Positions 39,420-50,779 of a DNA stretch of 64,000 nt are shown here, in pieces. This DNA comes from Limnothrix sp. BL-A-16 (GTDB lineage Bacteria; Cyanobacteriota; Cyanobacteriia; CACIAM-69d). Numbering within the stretch: position 1 is the first letter of the stretch; each line of letters starts with the position of its first letter. A program made the position numbers and the translations under genes. The notes under the pieces were generated by a model. That model worked only from the letters and a program-made list of their open reading frames with translations. It had not been told where the DNA came from and did no database searches. The stretch spans positions 2,304,001-2,368,000 of the forward strand of contig CP166615.1 in assembly GCA_041937175.2 (NCBI GenBank). Direction: 5' to 3'.

Positions 39420-41240
39420 TTGCCGAGTGCGTCTTTTCCCGAGTGCGTCACTGTGATTTCGCCCAAACCTGCTCATCGTTCTTGGTTGGTGCTGTCGGCT
39501 GCCATTGGTGGCACGTTGCTGGTTGTGGCGGCCCTGGCGATCGCCCTGTTGTTGCGGGTTCCGGCCTTGCCCAACTGCCCCGCCATCTTTTGGCCGCTGG
39601 CTTCGGCTTCCATGCGCCTTTACTGCGCGGAAGTGGCGGCCAACAAGCGGACGGTGCGGGATTTGCTGGAGGCGATCGCCCTGGTGGAGGTGCTCCCGGC
39701 GGATCACGAGTTGCGCCCCCAAGCGAATCGCTACTTAGTCGCTTGGGTGGAGGAAATTTTGCGGTTGGCGGATGGGGCCGTGCAGGCGGGCAACTTGGAA
39801 GAGGCGCTGAAAATTGCCCGCCAGATTCCAACAACGGTTCCCAATCATGGCCAAGTGAAAGCACAGATGGCCGCCTGGGAGCGGGATTGGCGGGAGGCAG
39901 AAGGGATTTATAAGGCGGTGATTGGGGCGATCGACCAACGAAAGTGGGATGTGGCGATCGGGAACGCTAACCGGCTGGTGCGTGGCCCCTTGCGCTACTG
40001 GGCAACGGTCAAACACGATGAGCTGCGGGTGCTGATTGCGGAAACACGCCAGGATGATGGACGGATTCGCCGGGCCCTGGCGCTGGCAAAAGGCGGCAAC
40101 CCCGATCGCTTTGAGCAGGCCTTTGAACTGCTGCGGGGCATTGAAGCGCGACGGCGACTTTATCCCCTTGCCCAACAGACGATCGCGGATTTAACGGAGC
40201 AGGTGTTGACCCTGGCTCAGGAAAGTATCGATCGCGGTAATGGAGAGGCGGCGTTGCGGTGGGCGGATTTGCTGCCCGATCGGGAATCGTTGCAGGCCCA
40301 AGCGGAGGATTTACGAAATCTAGCAGCGGCGGAAACGGCGGCCAAAGGGGGCACGCCTAAGGATCTGGAAGTGGCGATCGAGGAGGCCAGCAAGATTCCG
40401 GAAGGGCGACCCCTCTATGAACGGGCCCAGGCCAAAATTGCCCAATGGCGACGGGACAGCGAAGATGCAGCGCGTTTGGAGCAAGCAAGAGAATTAGCCC
40501 AATCGGGCACATTGGCGGACTTGACCAACGCCATTTCCCAGGCTCAGGAAATTCCGGAAACCAGCGGTTTGGCGGCCCTGGCACGGCGGGAAATTACCAA
40601 CTGGAGCCGTCAAATTCAAGAACTGCGCGATCGCCCCCTGTTGGATCAAGCGGAAACCCTGGCCGGTCAGGGGCGTTGGGCCGAGGCGATCGCCCAGGCC
40701 CAGCGCATTGAACCGGAAAGCCCTTTGGCCGCCGATGCCCGCCGCCGGGTGGCCACTTGGCGAGCGGAGTTGGAACAGCGACAGGACGAGCCGATTTTGC
40801 AACAGGCGGAGGAACTGGCTCGGGGGGGCGACCTCGCCGGGGCGATCGACATGGCGAACCAAATTGCCAGCGGCCGATCGCTCTATCGCCAGGCCCAACA
40901 GGCGATCGCCCGTTGGCAAACCCAGCGCCAAGATCAACAACAACTCATGGAGGCCCAACAGCTCGCCACCAACAACAGCCCGGACGGCCTCGTGAGCGCC
41001 ATCCTGCTGGCCGATCGGGTCAAACGCAACAGCCCTTGGCGCAGTCAGGCTGACGGTAACATTGCCCGCTGGAGCCAGCAGCTTTTGGCCTTGGCCCAAC
41101 AACAGGCAGCCAACGGCGACTTACCCGGTGCGGTGGCCTTGGCTCGCCGCATTCCAAGGGCAGCCACCACCTACGAGGCCGCCCAAACCCAAATTAGTGC
41201 TTGGCAGCGGTGGATCTCACCCGCACCAACCAGCCCCTAA
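39420..41240 (+). CDS. Conserved membrane-anchored alpha-helical repeat protein
   Basis: N-terminal TM helix then PNCPAIFWPLASASMRLYCA; repeated AI..A..IP....Y..AQ..I..W units. Confidence 0.8.
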   Translation: MPSASFPECVTVISPKPAHRSWLVLSAAIGGTLLVVAALAIALLLRVPALPNCPAIFWPLASASMRLYCAEVAANKRTVRDLLEAIALVEVLPADHELRPQANRYLVAWVEEILRLADGAVQAGNLEEALKIARQIPTTVPNHGQVKAQMAAWERDWREAEGIYKAVIGAIDQRKWDVAIGNANRLVRGPLRYWATVKHDELRVLIAETRQDDGRIRRALALAKGGNPDRFEQAFELLRGIEARRRLYPLAQQTIADLTEQVLTLAQESIDRGNGEAALRWADLLPDRESLQAQAEDLRNLAAAETAAKGGTPKDLEVAIEEASKIPEGRPLYERAQAKIAQWRRDSEDAARLEQARELAQSGTLADLTNAISQAQEIPETSGLAALARREITNWSRQIQELRDRPLLDQAETLAGQGRWAEAIAQAQRIEPESPLAADARRRVATWRAELEQRQDEPILQQAEELARGGDLAGAIDMANQIASGRSLYRQAQQAIARWQTQRQDQQQLMEAQQLATNNSPDGLVSAILLADRVKRNSPWRSQADGNIARWSQQLLALAQQQAANGDLPGAVALARRIPRAATTYEAAQTQISAWQRWISPAPTSP

Positions 41241-41294
41241 TCCAGATTTGGCTTAGTGATGGTGGTTGAGATTTTTGGGATCCCAACCGGATCC

Positions 41295-43778
41295 TTAGCG
41301 CAATTCCACTTGCAATTGCAGCGATCGCAAGTTGGCCGGAGCATTGGCCCAACGCAGCAGCACTTGCCGGAATTGGGCTGCTTGCTCAGGGGTCAGGGCA
41401 CTGGAAACCGTGTCATCCCAAACCACACCCACCACGGAACCACGTTCCAGGGTGAGGGTAACCACGAACGTCCCCCGCAGGCTAGCTGGCAAGTTGTGTT
41501 TTAGGTATTGCGTGAGCTGCTCGATCGCCTGTTGATCCAAGCCCGGGGCGCTGGCAATCTGCACCGTGGGGCCCGTTGGCAAAGGAGACGTAAGATCGCC
41601 ATTCACCTCTCCAGCGGGCGGCGGCGGGGCGATCGGGAGGGGCGCGGGTTGCCAGCCGCTGCGGCCCCCTTGGCCACCCGTGCGGCGCGGGGGAGCACCC
41701 ACCGATCGGGCCGCCTCGGAGCGATCGGCTGCCCCAAAGAACCCTTCGTAGCTGGTTCCTTCTGGCAATTCCACAGGCACGGTCACCCGCTGGGTTGAAC
41801 CATCCGGATTGACCCGCACTTCCTCACTCACGGCTACAAAGGCGGTGTATTGAGACAAAACCCGATAGGCCAAGGAGGTTTCAACCACCCGATCGACCAG
41901 GGATTTCACCTCATTGCCATAGAGCTGATTCATGAGGTCTTTGATCCGGGAGCGGGCCCACAGTTGAGCAATGGCCGGCCGATCGCTCTGGTTAAACTCC
42001 ACCTTGAACCGCTGCTCAAAGGGTTGATTACCGGCGGTTTTGCCCGTCACAATCAGGGTTCCGGGAGCACGATCGCCCTTGCGCCCAAAGATCACCAGGG
42101 GTTGCGCCGCAAACAGATCCGGCGCGGCGGCCGGATAAATTTCGGGCCCGGGGCCCGGCCCTTCCCAACGCACCCGCACTTCCGTGAGCACCGGGTTGGC
42201 AATTTGGCGAAAGAATTTTTCCACGGGGGCTTCGGTGGTTTCGTCTTGGCGCACCACTTGCAGGGTTCCGCGTCCCACTTCCGCCAGGCGATCGAGCAAA
42301 AAGCGGTTGACGGAGCTGCCCACCCCAAAGCTAAACAGCCGATTCCCGGGCTTCAGATTGCGTTGAACGCTGGCGATCACCTCCCGATCGTTGCCAATGT
42401 AGCCATCGGTCAGCAGCACCACACTCCGCAATCGCCCCGCTTCGGCCGCTGGAAACCGCAACATTTCATCAATGCCCGCTTGCAGATTAGTCCCGCCGTT
42501 GGCTTGCAGGGCTTCAACGTAGCCCAAGGCTCGCTGTCGGTTGGCGGCGGTGTTGGCCAAGGGGCGATCGGACAAGCGCGTGGCCGCATTGGCAAAGTCA
42601 ATGATCGTGAAGGTGTCGTTGGGATTCAGGCCATTGATGAAACGGCGCATCAATTCCTTGGATTTGGCCAAGGGTTGCCCCTGCTGGGAGCCGGAGGTGT
42701 CCATCAAGAACACCACGTCCTTGGGCACGATCGCCCGTTGGGGATAACCAATTGCCGGGATCAGATATAGCCCAAAGAAACCGCCCCGATCATCCCCTTG
42801 GGTGAGCACGCTGGCTTGGGTATTAGCCCCCGCCACCCGATAGCGCAGGATGAAGTCTTTGTTGGGAATCGAGTCCGCTGGGGACAGTTGCACGGCGGTG
42901 AAGCGCCCTTTGCCGGTGAAGTCGATTTTGTGGGAGGGCGATCGCACCGCCTCGATCGGCACGCCCGCATCGATCGACAGTCGGAGGATGATGTCATGGC
43001 CCGATCGACTGCCGGGGGGCAACACTGGCGGATTAATCCGCGAACCATCGGGCACTTGATCCGTGTTGCCATTGGGGTTGCCATTGGGGCCGATCGGGTT
43101 GCCGGGGTTATATCGCGGCCCCACCACCATCGGGAACACAAATTCATAATCCCCCCCTTCAAACCTCAGGGATTCGGTGTATTGAATGGTGACTTGGATC
43201 GCTTCCCCGGGACGAATGTTGGCCAAAGATTGGGTGAAAATATTATCGCGCTCTTGCTCCAGCAGTCCGGCCGTGCGCCCCTCTTGGCGGGCTTGCTCAT
43301 AAATTTGGCGGGCTTCTTCGCGGGTTTTTAAATCGCCCTTAATCACCCGATCACCAATCCGAATTTCCATATCATCCACGGCGGCATTTTCCGGCAGTGG
43401 AAAGACATAAACCGCCTCCAAAGGGCGATCGAACGGATTGGTAAAGGTCTGTTGCACCGTCACCCGCGACAGGTTGCCGGTCACCTGGGCGGTCACCTCG
43501 GTTTTATCCAACACAAACCGATCGAGCGAGCCATCGGGATTCGGGGCATAGAGACCGCCCACCGGGCGATCGGGCTGGGGCGAAACCATCGGGCGGCCCT
43601 CCGGAGGCATCCGTTGTGTTAAATGAGCAGCGGGAGCAACCGTGGGGCGAGTCATGGCATCGGTTGTGGGTATCGATCGCGCCATCACGGGTGTTGATGA
43701 TTGGACGATCACCCCGCCCGCCGCCAGCACCACCATCCACCCGATCGCCGTCATTTGCTTACTCATTTCGATCCCCAT
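41295..43778 (-). CDS. Exported VIT plus vWA domain protein (inter-alpha-trypsin inhibitor-like)
   Basis: Signal peptide, LEAVYVFPLP VIT motif, MIDAS DTSGS, GGT and LLTDG. Confidence 0.9.
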   Translation of the reverse strand: MGIEMSKQMTAIGWMVVLAAGGVIVQSSTPVMARSIPTTDAMTRPTVAPAAHLTQRMPPEGRPMVSPQPDRPVGGLYAPNPDGSLDRFVLDKTEVTAQVTGNLSRVTVQQTFTNPFDRPLEAVYVFPLPENAAVDDMEIRIGDRVIKGDLKTREEARQIYEQARQEGRTAGLLEQERDNIFTQSLANIRPGEAIQVTIQYTESLRFEGGDYEFVFPMVVGPRYNPGNPIGPNGNPNGNTDQVPDGSRINPPVLPPGSRSGHDIILRLSIDAGVPIEAVRSPSHKIDFTGKGRFTAVQLSPADSIPNKDFILRYRVAGANTQASVLTQGDDRGGFFGLYLIPAIGYPQRAIVPKDVVFLMDTSGSQQGQPLAKSKELMRRFINGLNPNDTFTIIDFANAATRLSDRPLANTAANRQRALGYVEALQANGGTNLQAGIDEMLRFPAAEAGRLRSVVLLTDGYIGNDREVIASVQRNLKPGNRLFSFGVGSSVNRFLLDRLAEVGRGTLQVVRQDETTEAPVEKFFRQIANPVLTEVRVRWEGPGPGPEIYPAAAPDLFAAQPLVIFGRKGDRAPGTLIVTGKTAGNQPFEQRFKVEFNQSDRPAIAQLWARSRIKDLMNQLYGNEVKSLVDRVVETSLAYRVLSQYTAFVAVSEEVRVNPDGSTQRVTVPVELPEGTSYEGFFGAADRSEAARSVGAPPRRTGGQGGRSGWQPAPLPIAPPPPAGEVNGDLTSPLPTGPTVQIASAPGLDQQAIEQLTQYLKHNLPASLRGTFVVTLTLERGSVVGVVWDDTVSSALTPEQAAQFRQVLLRWANAPANLRSLQLQVELR

Positions 43779-43996
43779 AGCCTCACACCGGGCCCCATTA
43801 GCAATCCGTCGCCATCCAACATTCGGGCCCGCCGGTCAACGGGCCCAACCAAACTCGACCCGGAACGACTGGCCCTCCTGTTCATGCCTTGGGGCATGTT
43901 GGGGGCGCTGTCCCGAGTCAAGGTTCTGAATGACGGTACTACTGTTGTAGTGCTTCTGTTTTAGTTCCGCGATCGTCGATCGCCCTCCGGATCCGT

Positions 43997-45355
43997 CTAG
44001 ACCCTGGTTGCACGGTTGGTGGTGCGTTCCATCTCGCGAGTCTTTTTGCCACGCCAGAAGAATTTCACCGGGGTGCCTTCAAAGCCCAATTCTTTGCGGA
44101 AATGGCCTTCGATGTAGCGGCGATAGTTGTCGTTGAACCGGTGGGGATCGTTCACAAACAGGGCGATCGCGGGTGGCTGGCTGCTGACTTGGGTTCCGTA
44201 ATAAATCTTGCCCTGCTTGCCTTGGCGAGTGGTTGGCGGCGAGTGCCAACGCAGCGCATCTTCCAACACCTCATTGATCGTGGCTGTGGAAACCCGGCGA
44301 CGATGTTGTTCAGCGGCGCGATCGACCAATTCCAAAACCTTCGGGACTCGCTGACCGGTCACGGCACTGGTGAAAATCATTTCCGCCCAATCTAGGAAAT
44401 AGAGACGGCTGCGCAATTCCCGCTCATATTCATAAATTGAGGTGGAATCCTTATCCACCGCATCCCACTTATTCACCACCAACACGCAGGCTCGCCCATC
44501 GTCCGTAATCCGGCCCGCCAGGCGCTGATCCTGCTCCGTGATGCCATCCAACACATCAATCACCAACAACACCACATCCGATCGACGGATAGCCTTAAAG
44601 GCCCGATTGATGCTGAAGAATTCCGGGCCGTAGTCGATCATCTTTTTGCGGCGAATCCCGGCGGTGTCAATCAACCGGTAGCGCTTGCCATTGCGCTCCA
44701 CCACCATATCGATCGAGTCCCGAGTGGTTCCCGAAATGGGGCTGACGATCGCCCGGTTTTCGCCCACAAAGGCATTCAACAAACTGGACTTGCCCACATT
44801 CGGCCGCCCCACGATCGCAATGTTTAATTCCGGTTCCTCCGGCAACTGATCCACGGGCGGCAGGTAACGAATCGCCGCATCCAACAAATCTCCCGTGCCG
44901 TTGCCGTGAATGCCCGACACCGCAAAGGGTTCGCCCAGTCCCAATTCCCAAAACAGGCTCGCCTGAGCCAAACCTTGATCCGGTGATTCACACTTGTTCA
45001 CCGCCAGCAACACCGGCTTCGGCTGGCGACGCAACCAATCGGCAATTTCCCGATCGGCATCGGTGGGGCCTTGCTTCCCATCCACCACAAAAATCGCCAC
45101 CGCCGCCTCCGACAGGGCCGCCATCGCCTGTTCGCGAATCAGGGGCAAAAACTCCGTGTCATCATCAAACACCAGCCCGCCCGTATCCACCACCAGGAAA
45201 TCCCGATCGCCCCAGAAAGCCGGCCGATAGGTGCGATCGCGCGTGATCCCCGGTTGGTCGAACACGATCGCTGATTGATCCCCCGCGAACCGATTCACCA
45301 GGGTCGATTTGCCCACGTTGGGCCGTCCCACGATCGCCACCACCGGAAGAGACAT
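43997..45355 (-). CDS. der: Ribosome biogenesis GTPase Der (EngA)
   Basis: Two GRPNVGKS P-loops, DTGG/DTAG, NKCE/NKWD. Confidence 0.97.
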   Translation of the reverse strand: MSLPVVAIVGRPNVGKSTLVNRFAGDQSAIVFDQPGITRDRTYRPAFWGDRDFLVVDTGGLVFDDDTEFLPLIREQAMAALSEAAVAIFVVDGKQGPTDADREIADWLRRQPKPVLLAVNKCESPDQGLAQASLFWELGLGEPFAVSGIHGNGTGDLLDAAIRYLPPVDQLPEEPELNIAIVGRPNVGKSSLLNAFVGENRAIVSPISGTTRDSIDMVVERNGKRYRLIDTAGIRRKKMIDYGPEFFSINRAFKAIRRSDVVLLVIDVLDGITEQDQRLAGRITDDGRACVLVVNKWDAVDKDSTSIYEYERELRSRLYFLDWAEMIFTSAVTGQRVPKVLELVDRAAEQHRRRVSTATINEVLEDALRWHSPPTTRQGKQGKIYYGTQVSSQPPAIALFVNDPHRFNDNYRRYIEGHFRKELGFEGTPVKFFWRGKKTREMERTTNRATRV

Positions 45356-45474
45356 ACGCCTCACCTACCGCTCTTTGTTCAAAACCAAACTAGTAATCAT
45401 AGCGCGATTTGGAAGGCGTAATTCATGATCAATTCAGGAATTCTCGGCCATTCCTGACCAGCCTCCTCAGCGCA

Positions 45475-46371
45475 CTATTCGTGTTTATGACCATCGGGCA
45501 TAATCGCCGCCGCCATCAGAGCGCCCTCAAAGGAAGCTGAGTAAAGATTCGCCCGGTGTAGATTGGCTCCTTCCAAGTTTGCTCCATGGAATTTCGCTTC
45601 TCGCAAATTTGCCATGCTCAGGTTGGCCAACATCAAATTCGCCCCAGACACATCCACTTGGCTGAGGGTCACCTCCCGCAAATCCGCTTCCCGCAAAATG
45701 GCATCTCGCAGCGTTGCCATATACAAATTGGCCCCAATCAGATTCGCCCCAATCAGGGTCGCCTCATCCAAATTGGCACTCATCAAGCTGGCCATGCAGA
45801 GGTTAGCCAAGCTGAGATTCGCCATGCGGATATTGGCGCAGTACAGGTTGGCCCCCACCAAGTTAGCCAAGCAGACGATCGCCAGGCTCAAATTTGCCTC
45901 CCGCAGGTTCGCCTCCCGCAGATCCGCCATGCCCAAGTTCGCTTCTCGCAAGTCGCAGCGGCTGAGATCCGCCTCCCGCAGCTTAATTCCCTTCAGGTTG
46001 GCCGTGTAAAGACTGGCTTCCCGCAAATCAGCGCGGCTGAAGTCCGACTCTCGCACCACACTCATGCACAGATCCGCCCGTCGCAAGGTTGCCTCGCGAA
46101 AGTCCACATGACGCATCACCGATTCCCGCAGGTTCACCCCCGATAGGTTGGCCGTGTAGAGGTTGGTTTTGCGAAGGCTGGCCCGCTGCAAATTGGCCCC
46201 TTCCAAATTCGCCATACACAAATCCGCATGGCTGAGGTCAAATTGCTGCAGGTTAACTTTGCTGAGATCGGCTTCGCGGAGGTTGGGATAGATGTTGGGG
46301 TTGGCGCGTCGCCAGCGGTTCCAAACATCTGCACCTTGCTCGATCAGCACGAGGTGCTCGGGGTTTGCCAT
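45475..46371 (-). CDS. Pentapeptide repeat protein
   Basis: A(D/N)Lxx repeats over nearly the whole length, ending MPDG. Confidence 0.95.
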   Translation of the reverse strand: MANPEHLVLIEQGADVWNRWRRANPNIYPNLREADLSKVNLQQFDLSHADLCMANLEGANLQRASLRKTNLYTANLSGVNLRESVMRHVDFREATLRRADLCMSVVRESDFSRADLREASLYTANLKGIKLREADLSRCDLREANLGMADLREANLREANLSLAIVCLANLVGANLYCANIRMANLSLANLCMASLMSANLDEATLIGANLIGANLYMATLRDAILREADLREVTLSQVDVSGANLMLANLSMANLREAKFHGANLEGANLHRANLYSASFEGALMAAAIMPDGHKHE

Positions 46372-47031
46372 CCTGTTGACTCCGGCTCTGAGGACGATGC
46401 AGCAAGGTGCGACAGGGAACGAGAGGGGGTTGATCGACGAAATTGAATAGATCGACGAAGAAATGGAATGGTTCTGCCCATTGGACTAAGCATATCAAGG
46501 CAATGAAGCCGTTGAAAGGCAACCCAGAGTTGGCCCTGCCTCCCATCGCCCTGGGGTGATGAAACAGTCTCCAAGGGCTTCCGTGAGCGATCTGGCTTGA
46601 CCCGATCGCCCCGCAAATTGGCCAGAAAAGTGGCTAAATCATCCGGATGACCCTTGGGCGATCGAGAAATCAGTTTTTGAAAATAGATGCACCCCAATGC
46701 CAAATCCTCAGCTCCCAATGGGAATGGGGATTTTTTTATGGGTTCGTTGGGTTGATTGAAACTCGACAGGCTCAAGCTCAGCAGCCCTAGACTCGGAAGC
46801 CGTTGCTTAACCCTGAGCTTGAAAGCCCCAGACTCGGCAGGTTAAAACGCAACGGACTTGACCATTGAACCCGAGCAACCGGCAATCCGGCAATCCGTCG
46901 TAACTGCCCAATCGATCGGCAACATTCGCTACAATCATCAATCCAGATGCGTCCACTAGTCTGACCCAGTTTGTTGGTCATCCCGCTAGTTATTCATCAT
47001 TTTATTCACTCACATACCGGAGACAGTCCCC

Positions 47032-47775
47032 TTGCTGACCCTCGGAGTCAATATTGACCACATTGCCACCATCCGCCAAGCCCGCCGCACCGTGGAGCCG
47101 GATCCGGTGGCCGCGGCTGTTTTGGCAGAATTGGGGGGCGCGGATGGGATCACGGTACACCTGCGCGAAGATCGCCGCCACATTCAAGAGCGCGATGTGC
47201 GTCTGTTGCGGCAAACGGTGCGCACCCATTTGAACTTGGAAATGGCAGCAACCGATGAGATGGTGGCGATCGCCCTGGATATCAAGCCGGATTACGTGAC
47301 CCTCGTGCCCGAGCGGCGAGAAGAGGTGACCACTGAAGGCGGCCTAGACGTGGTGGGGGCGGTCGATCGGCTCGGAGATGTGGTGGAAACCCTGCAAGAT
47401 GCCCACATTCCCGTCAGTCTGTTCATTGATGCTGACAGCAAGCAAATTGAAGCTTCTGCTAAAACCGGCGCGAAATTCATTGAGCTGCACACGGGTCGCT
47501 ATGCGGAAGCCCACAGCCCCGAAGAACGGCGCAAGGAGCTGGGAATTTTGGCCCAAGGTGCTTGGCGGGCCCGGGATGCGGGCTTGCGGGTGAATGCCGG
47601 CCATGGCTTGACCTATTGGAACACCTACGAAGTGGCCTGCATTGAGGGCATGGAAGAACTGAACATTGGCCACACGATCGTCAGTCGGGCGGCGCTGGTG
47701 GGCATGGAGCGGGCGGTGCGCGAGATGAAGGAAATTTTGCAGCGGGCAGCGTTGGATATAAAGTTTCGTCGCTAG
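47032..47775 (+). CDS. pdxJ: Pyridoxine 5'-phosphate synthase
   Basis: [27 protein letters not shown] and ELNIGH motifs. Confidence 0.97.
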   Translation: MLTLGVNIDHIATIRQARRTVEPDPVAAAVLAELGGADGITVHLREDRRHIQERDVRLLRQTVRTHLNLEMAATDEMVAIALDIKPDYVTLVPERREEVTTEGGLDVVGAVDRLGDVVETLQDAHIPVSLFIDADSKQIEASAKTGAKFIELHTGRYAEAHSPEERRKELGILAQGAWRARDAGLRVNAGHGLTYWNTYEVACIEGMEELNIGHTIVSRAALVGMERAVREMKEILQRAALDIKFRR

Positions 47776-47905
47776 GGGTGCGATCGCCCAACGATTCGAT
47801 CGCCAGGCCGCTAAAATGCAAAGTCGCTAGCACTTCCGCTGATTGCGCCTGTTTTCAAAATCCTTAAAATTCCTCTGGTAAACCTGCTACCTCTCCCCAA
47901 AACCG

Positions 47906-48241
47906 ATGACCACCTATCACTTCTGTTTGGCTAGCCGTCATTTTCTCCTGGAAGAAGAACCCCTTGAAGAAGTGCTCAAGGAACGGACGCGCAACTATCA
48001 TGAGCGGGAACAGGAAATTGATTTTTGGCTGGTGGAGCAACCGGCATTCCTGGAAGCTCCTGAGTTCAAGGAAATGAAGCAACAATGCCCCCAACCGTCG
48101 GCGGCGATCATTTCCACCAACCCCACCTTCATTACCTGGTTGCGGTTGCGGTTGGAATATGTGGCAACGGGCCAGTTTGAAGCGCCTTCTGAGTCGATTC
48201 CGGAACCGTTGAAGTCGTTGGCTCCCGTTTCGGCCAGCTAG
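47906..48241 (+). CDS. ycf54: Ycf54, accessory protein of Mg-protoporphyrin IX monomethyl ester cyclase
   Basis: FLLEEEPLEEVLKER, DFWLV.QPAFL, FITWLRLRLEYV. Confidence 0.94.
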   Translation: MTTYHFCLASRHFLLEEEPLEEVLKERTRNYHEREQEIDFWLVEQPAFLEAPEFKEMKQQCPQPSAAIISTNPTFITWLRLRLEYVATGQFEAPSESIPEPLKSLAPVSAS

Positions 48242-48280
48242 GTTTTGCGCCAGCGATCACGGCAAACAATACAGGGTTTA

Positions 48281-48423
48281 AGGCCTGTCGTCGTTGAGCA
48301 CGAAACCCTAGATCTGCCGTTAGCGGATCGTGGGGGACAAGGGGCTTGAGCATCTTGTTGCGACGATTAGGGCATGGAAGATCAACGGTTTCAGCATCAC
48401 CTCGAAATAATGACGACAGGCCC
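48281..48423. mobile_element. MITE-like element, family A
   Basis: TIRs AGGCCTGTCGTC/GACGACAGGCCC, TA both sides, sitting inside split AGGGTTTA/TAAGACCCCT. Confidence 0.78.
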
Positions 48424-48657
48424 TAAGACCCCTATTCGTCTTGGCCAGGGTCAAGCGTTGGACAAGGGGGAGGATTCGACTGCGGATCCTCCCTTTTGGT
48501 GTTGATCGATGATTACTGGCTTTGATCGGTGCAGTGTGGAGGACTTGGTTTTTAGGTAGAAAGTCCGGTTTTTCCCGATCGCTCGGGTTAGGCTTGGGAG
48601 GCTGCACCCTAGATCTATCCTTCAGAATCCATCCCTCAAAACCCATCCCTCAAAACC

Positions 48658-49311
48658 ATGTTGAAACAGCGGTTATGGCGGCCCCTGTGGCAATCCTTGG
48701 CGATCGGAACCGGCCTGGCGGCGATCGCGGCCGGTGGCCTGATTCCTGCGGCCCAAGCTCAAACTCGGGAAGACTTGCCCGAGTGCGAACCGCCCCAGTC
48801 CGGTGAATTTTTGCTGTTGGTGCGCCGGGCCAGCCGGGATGTGGAAGATCGGCTTTACAAGGCGTTGCCCCAGAATGTATCGGCGGAACCCTGTCGCTAC
48901 GTGGGGGAAGCGGTGATGCGTTTGGAAGGGTTTCCCTCGTTGAACATTGCCAAGGCTTGGGCCGATTATGTGCGCGATCGCACGGGGTTGCAGGCTTTTG
49001 CGATCGAATCGCCCAGCGCGCGGGCGGCGGCGGCCTTTCAACCCACGGCGTTGGGAAATGGCTATGCGGTGTTGGTGAATTATTTTGACGATCCGACGGT
49101 GGCTCGTGAGTTACGGGATTTTCTGAGTCGGGATGTGGGGCTAGCCAGCTATGCCGATCGCCCTTATCTATTGGCATCGAGCAGCACAGACAGCAAGGCG
49201 GCGGGCGAGTTGATGCGTCGTTTGAGCGATCGGGGATTCACGGCCATGGTGGTGGACGGTCGGCAAGTGATGTTGCTGCGTCAGGCGATCGCCCTACCGG
49301 TCGATCGATAA
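48658..49311 (+). CDS. Exported hypothetical protein (possible SPOR-like repeats)
   Basis: Signal peptide ending AQA, then LPECEPPQSGEFLLLV. Confidence 0.75.
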   Translation: MLKQRLWRPLWQSLAIGTGLAAIAAGGLIPAAQAQTREDLPECEPPQSGEFLLLVRRASRDVEDRLYKALPQNVSAEPCRYVGEAVMRLEGFPSLNIAKAWADYVRDRTGLQAFAIESPSARAAAAFQPTALGNGYAVLVNYFDDPTVARELRDFLSRDVGLASYADRPYLLASSSTDSKAAGELMRRLSDRGFTAMVVDGRQVMLLRQAIALPVDR

Positions 49312-49575
49312 ACACCCTAGGAAAACTATCCCCCCAAACATCCTCCAAAACATCCCAGAGTTCTTAACCTAGAAGCATTTCAGCCCTTTCGCCCAGTCAT
49401 CCAACAGACCGTCACCCAAAACGTTACCCAAAGGCCCCCAAAAAACTTTGCCCGAGCGCTGAACCTTTTTCGCTAGCCCTCTGTCCAAAGGAGCAATTCA
49501 ACCGCATTGCGAGCATGGAGGGGCTAACAAGCCGCCAGCAGCAGTGTTTCTAGGATTTCTAGGTTTAAGGGCTGA

Positions 49576-50214
49576 ATGCTGGGAAAGGCTCTCTATGCTC
49601 AATTGGGTCGCTGGCAAAGGACGGCGGTTTTGGCGGTGGCCACGGACGATCGCTCGATCGTGCAACGGGCCGCTGGCGGGGACGCACGTGCCTTTCAGCA
49701 TCTTTATCGTCAACACCAAGCTCGGGTACGCGCCACGCTCTATTCCCTCTGCGATGCGGATGGTTTAGATGATTTGGTGCAGGAGGTGTTCCTGCGGGTT
49801 TGGCGAGGGTTGCCGCGTTTTCGAGGGTCGGCCAGCTTTTCCACTTGGCTTTATCGAATCACTTGGAATGTGGCCAGCGATCGGCGGCGGGAGTTGGCCA
49901 AAAACCGCGCCCGCCGCTTGGAATCCACGGCGGATCCTGACTTGGCGGAACGGGCGATCGAACAGGCGATCGATCCCCAAACCCAAGACAAATCCCCCCT
50001 CAGCCAACTGCACTACCAAGATTTGGTGCAGCGATCGCTGGCCATTTTGGGGTTCGAGGCCCGGGCCGTTTTGGTGTTGTGTGATCTCGAAGACGTTTCG
50101 CAAAAGGAAGCGGCGGAAATTTTGGGAATTCCTGTGGGAACCGTCAAATCGCGGCTCTTTTACGCCCGGGCCCAAATTCGGCAGTTTTTGCAGCAGCAGG
50201 GGGTGGAACTATGA
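49576..50214 (+). CDS. ECF sigma-70 family RNA polymerase sigma factor
   Basis: DLVQEVFLRVW, FSTWLYRI, EAAEILGIPVGTVKSRL. Confidence 0.94.
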   Translation: MLGKALYAQLGRWQRTAVLAVATDDRSIVQRAAGGDARAFQHLYRQHQARVRATLYSLCDADGLDDLVQEVFLRVWRGLPRFRGSASFSTWLYRITWNVASDRRRELAKNRARRLESTADPDLAERAIEQAIDPQTQDKSPLSQLHYQDLVQRSLAILGFEARAVLVLCDLEDVSQKEAAEILGIPVGTVKSRLFYARAQIRQFLQQQGVEL

Positions 50215-50741
50215 CCGATCGCCCATCTCATCCATCCGATGAGGCTAACGCTCAACCCCGCCCCGGTGGCACCCCCCGCCGGCCCGCCCATCCGGCTGCT
50301 GGCCCTTCCGGTCAGGAGGATGTCAAAGTGGTGAACTTCTTGCGCCAACATCGTCCCAGCCCACCGCCCGCCGCCCCGAGTCTGGAGCGATCGCTGCTGT
50401 TGGAAATTGAGGCCAGCCAACTGCGGGCCGCCCGCCGCCATCGGCAACTGTGGTTAGGCAGTTTGGGGGCGATCGCGATCGGCTGTTGGGCCCTCTTTCA
50501 ACAGGGCCCGGGAACTCAGGCCCCAGCCCCCAGCGTTGCGGAAGCCGATCTCGAAAGCTTCATCAACGAAACCTGGGGCGTGACCCTCGCGCCCAGCAAC
50601 GTCACCACCCAAACGGCCAGCACCGATGACTCGCTGCCCTGGAGTTTCGACCCCCACACCTGGGAAACGGAGCCAACCAAGCTGGTGAATCGATCGCTCT
50701 CGGCCATGGCGCTTCCCGATCAATGGACACCTTACCTCTAG
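50211..50741 (+). CDS. Putative single-TM anti-sigma factor
   Basis: ATGA overlap with the sigma gene, VNFLRQHRP.PP motif, one TM helix. Confidence 0.7.
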   Translation: MTDRPSHPSDEANAQPRPGGTPRRPAHPAAGPSGQEDVKVVNFLRQHRPSPPPAAPSLERSLLLEIEASQLRAARRHRQLWLGSLGAIAIGCWALFQQGPGTQAPAPSVAEADLESFINETWGVTLAPSNVTTQTASTDDSLPWSFDPHTWETEPTKLVNRSLSAMALPDQWTPYL

Positions 50742-50779
50742 CCCCTGATTAATCAGCATCTCTCAGGAGTTCGTCAATT

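Noticed and set aside
41295..43778. vWA protein as part of a MoxR-vWA conflict system
   Set aside because: No MoxR AAA+ gene nearby; it is a stand-alone exported VIT-vWA protein
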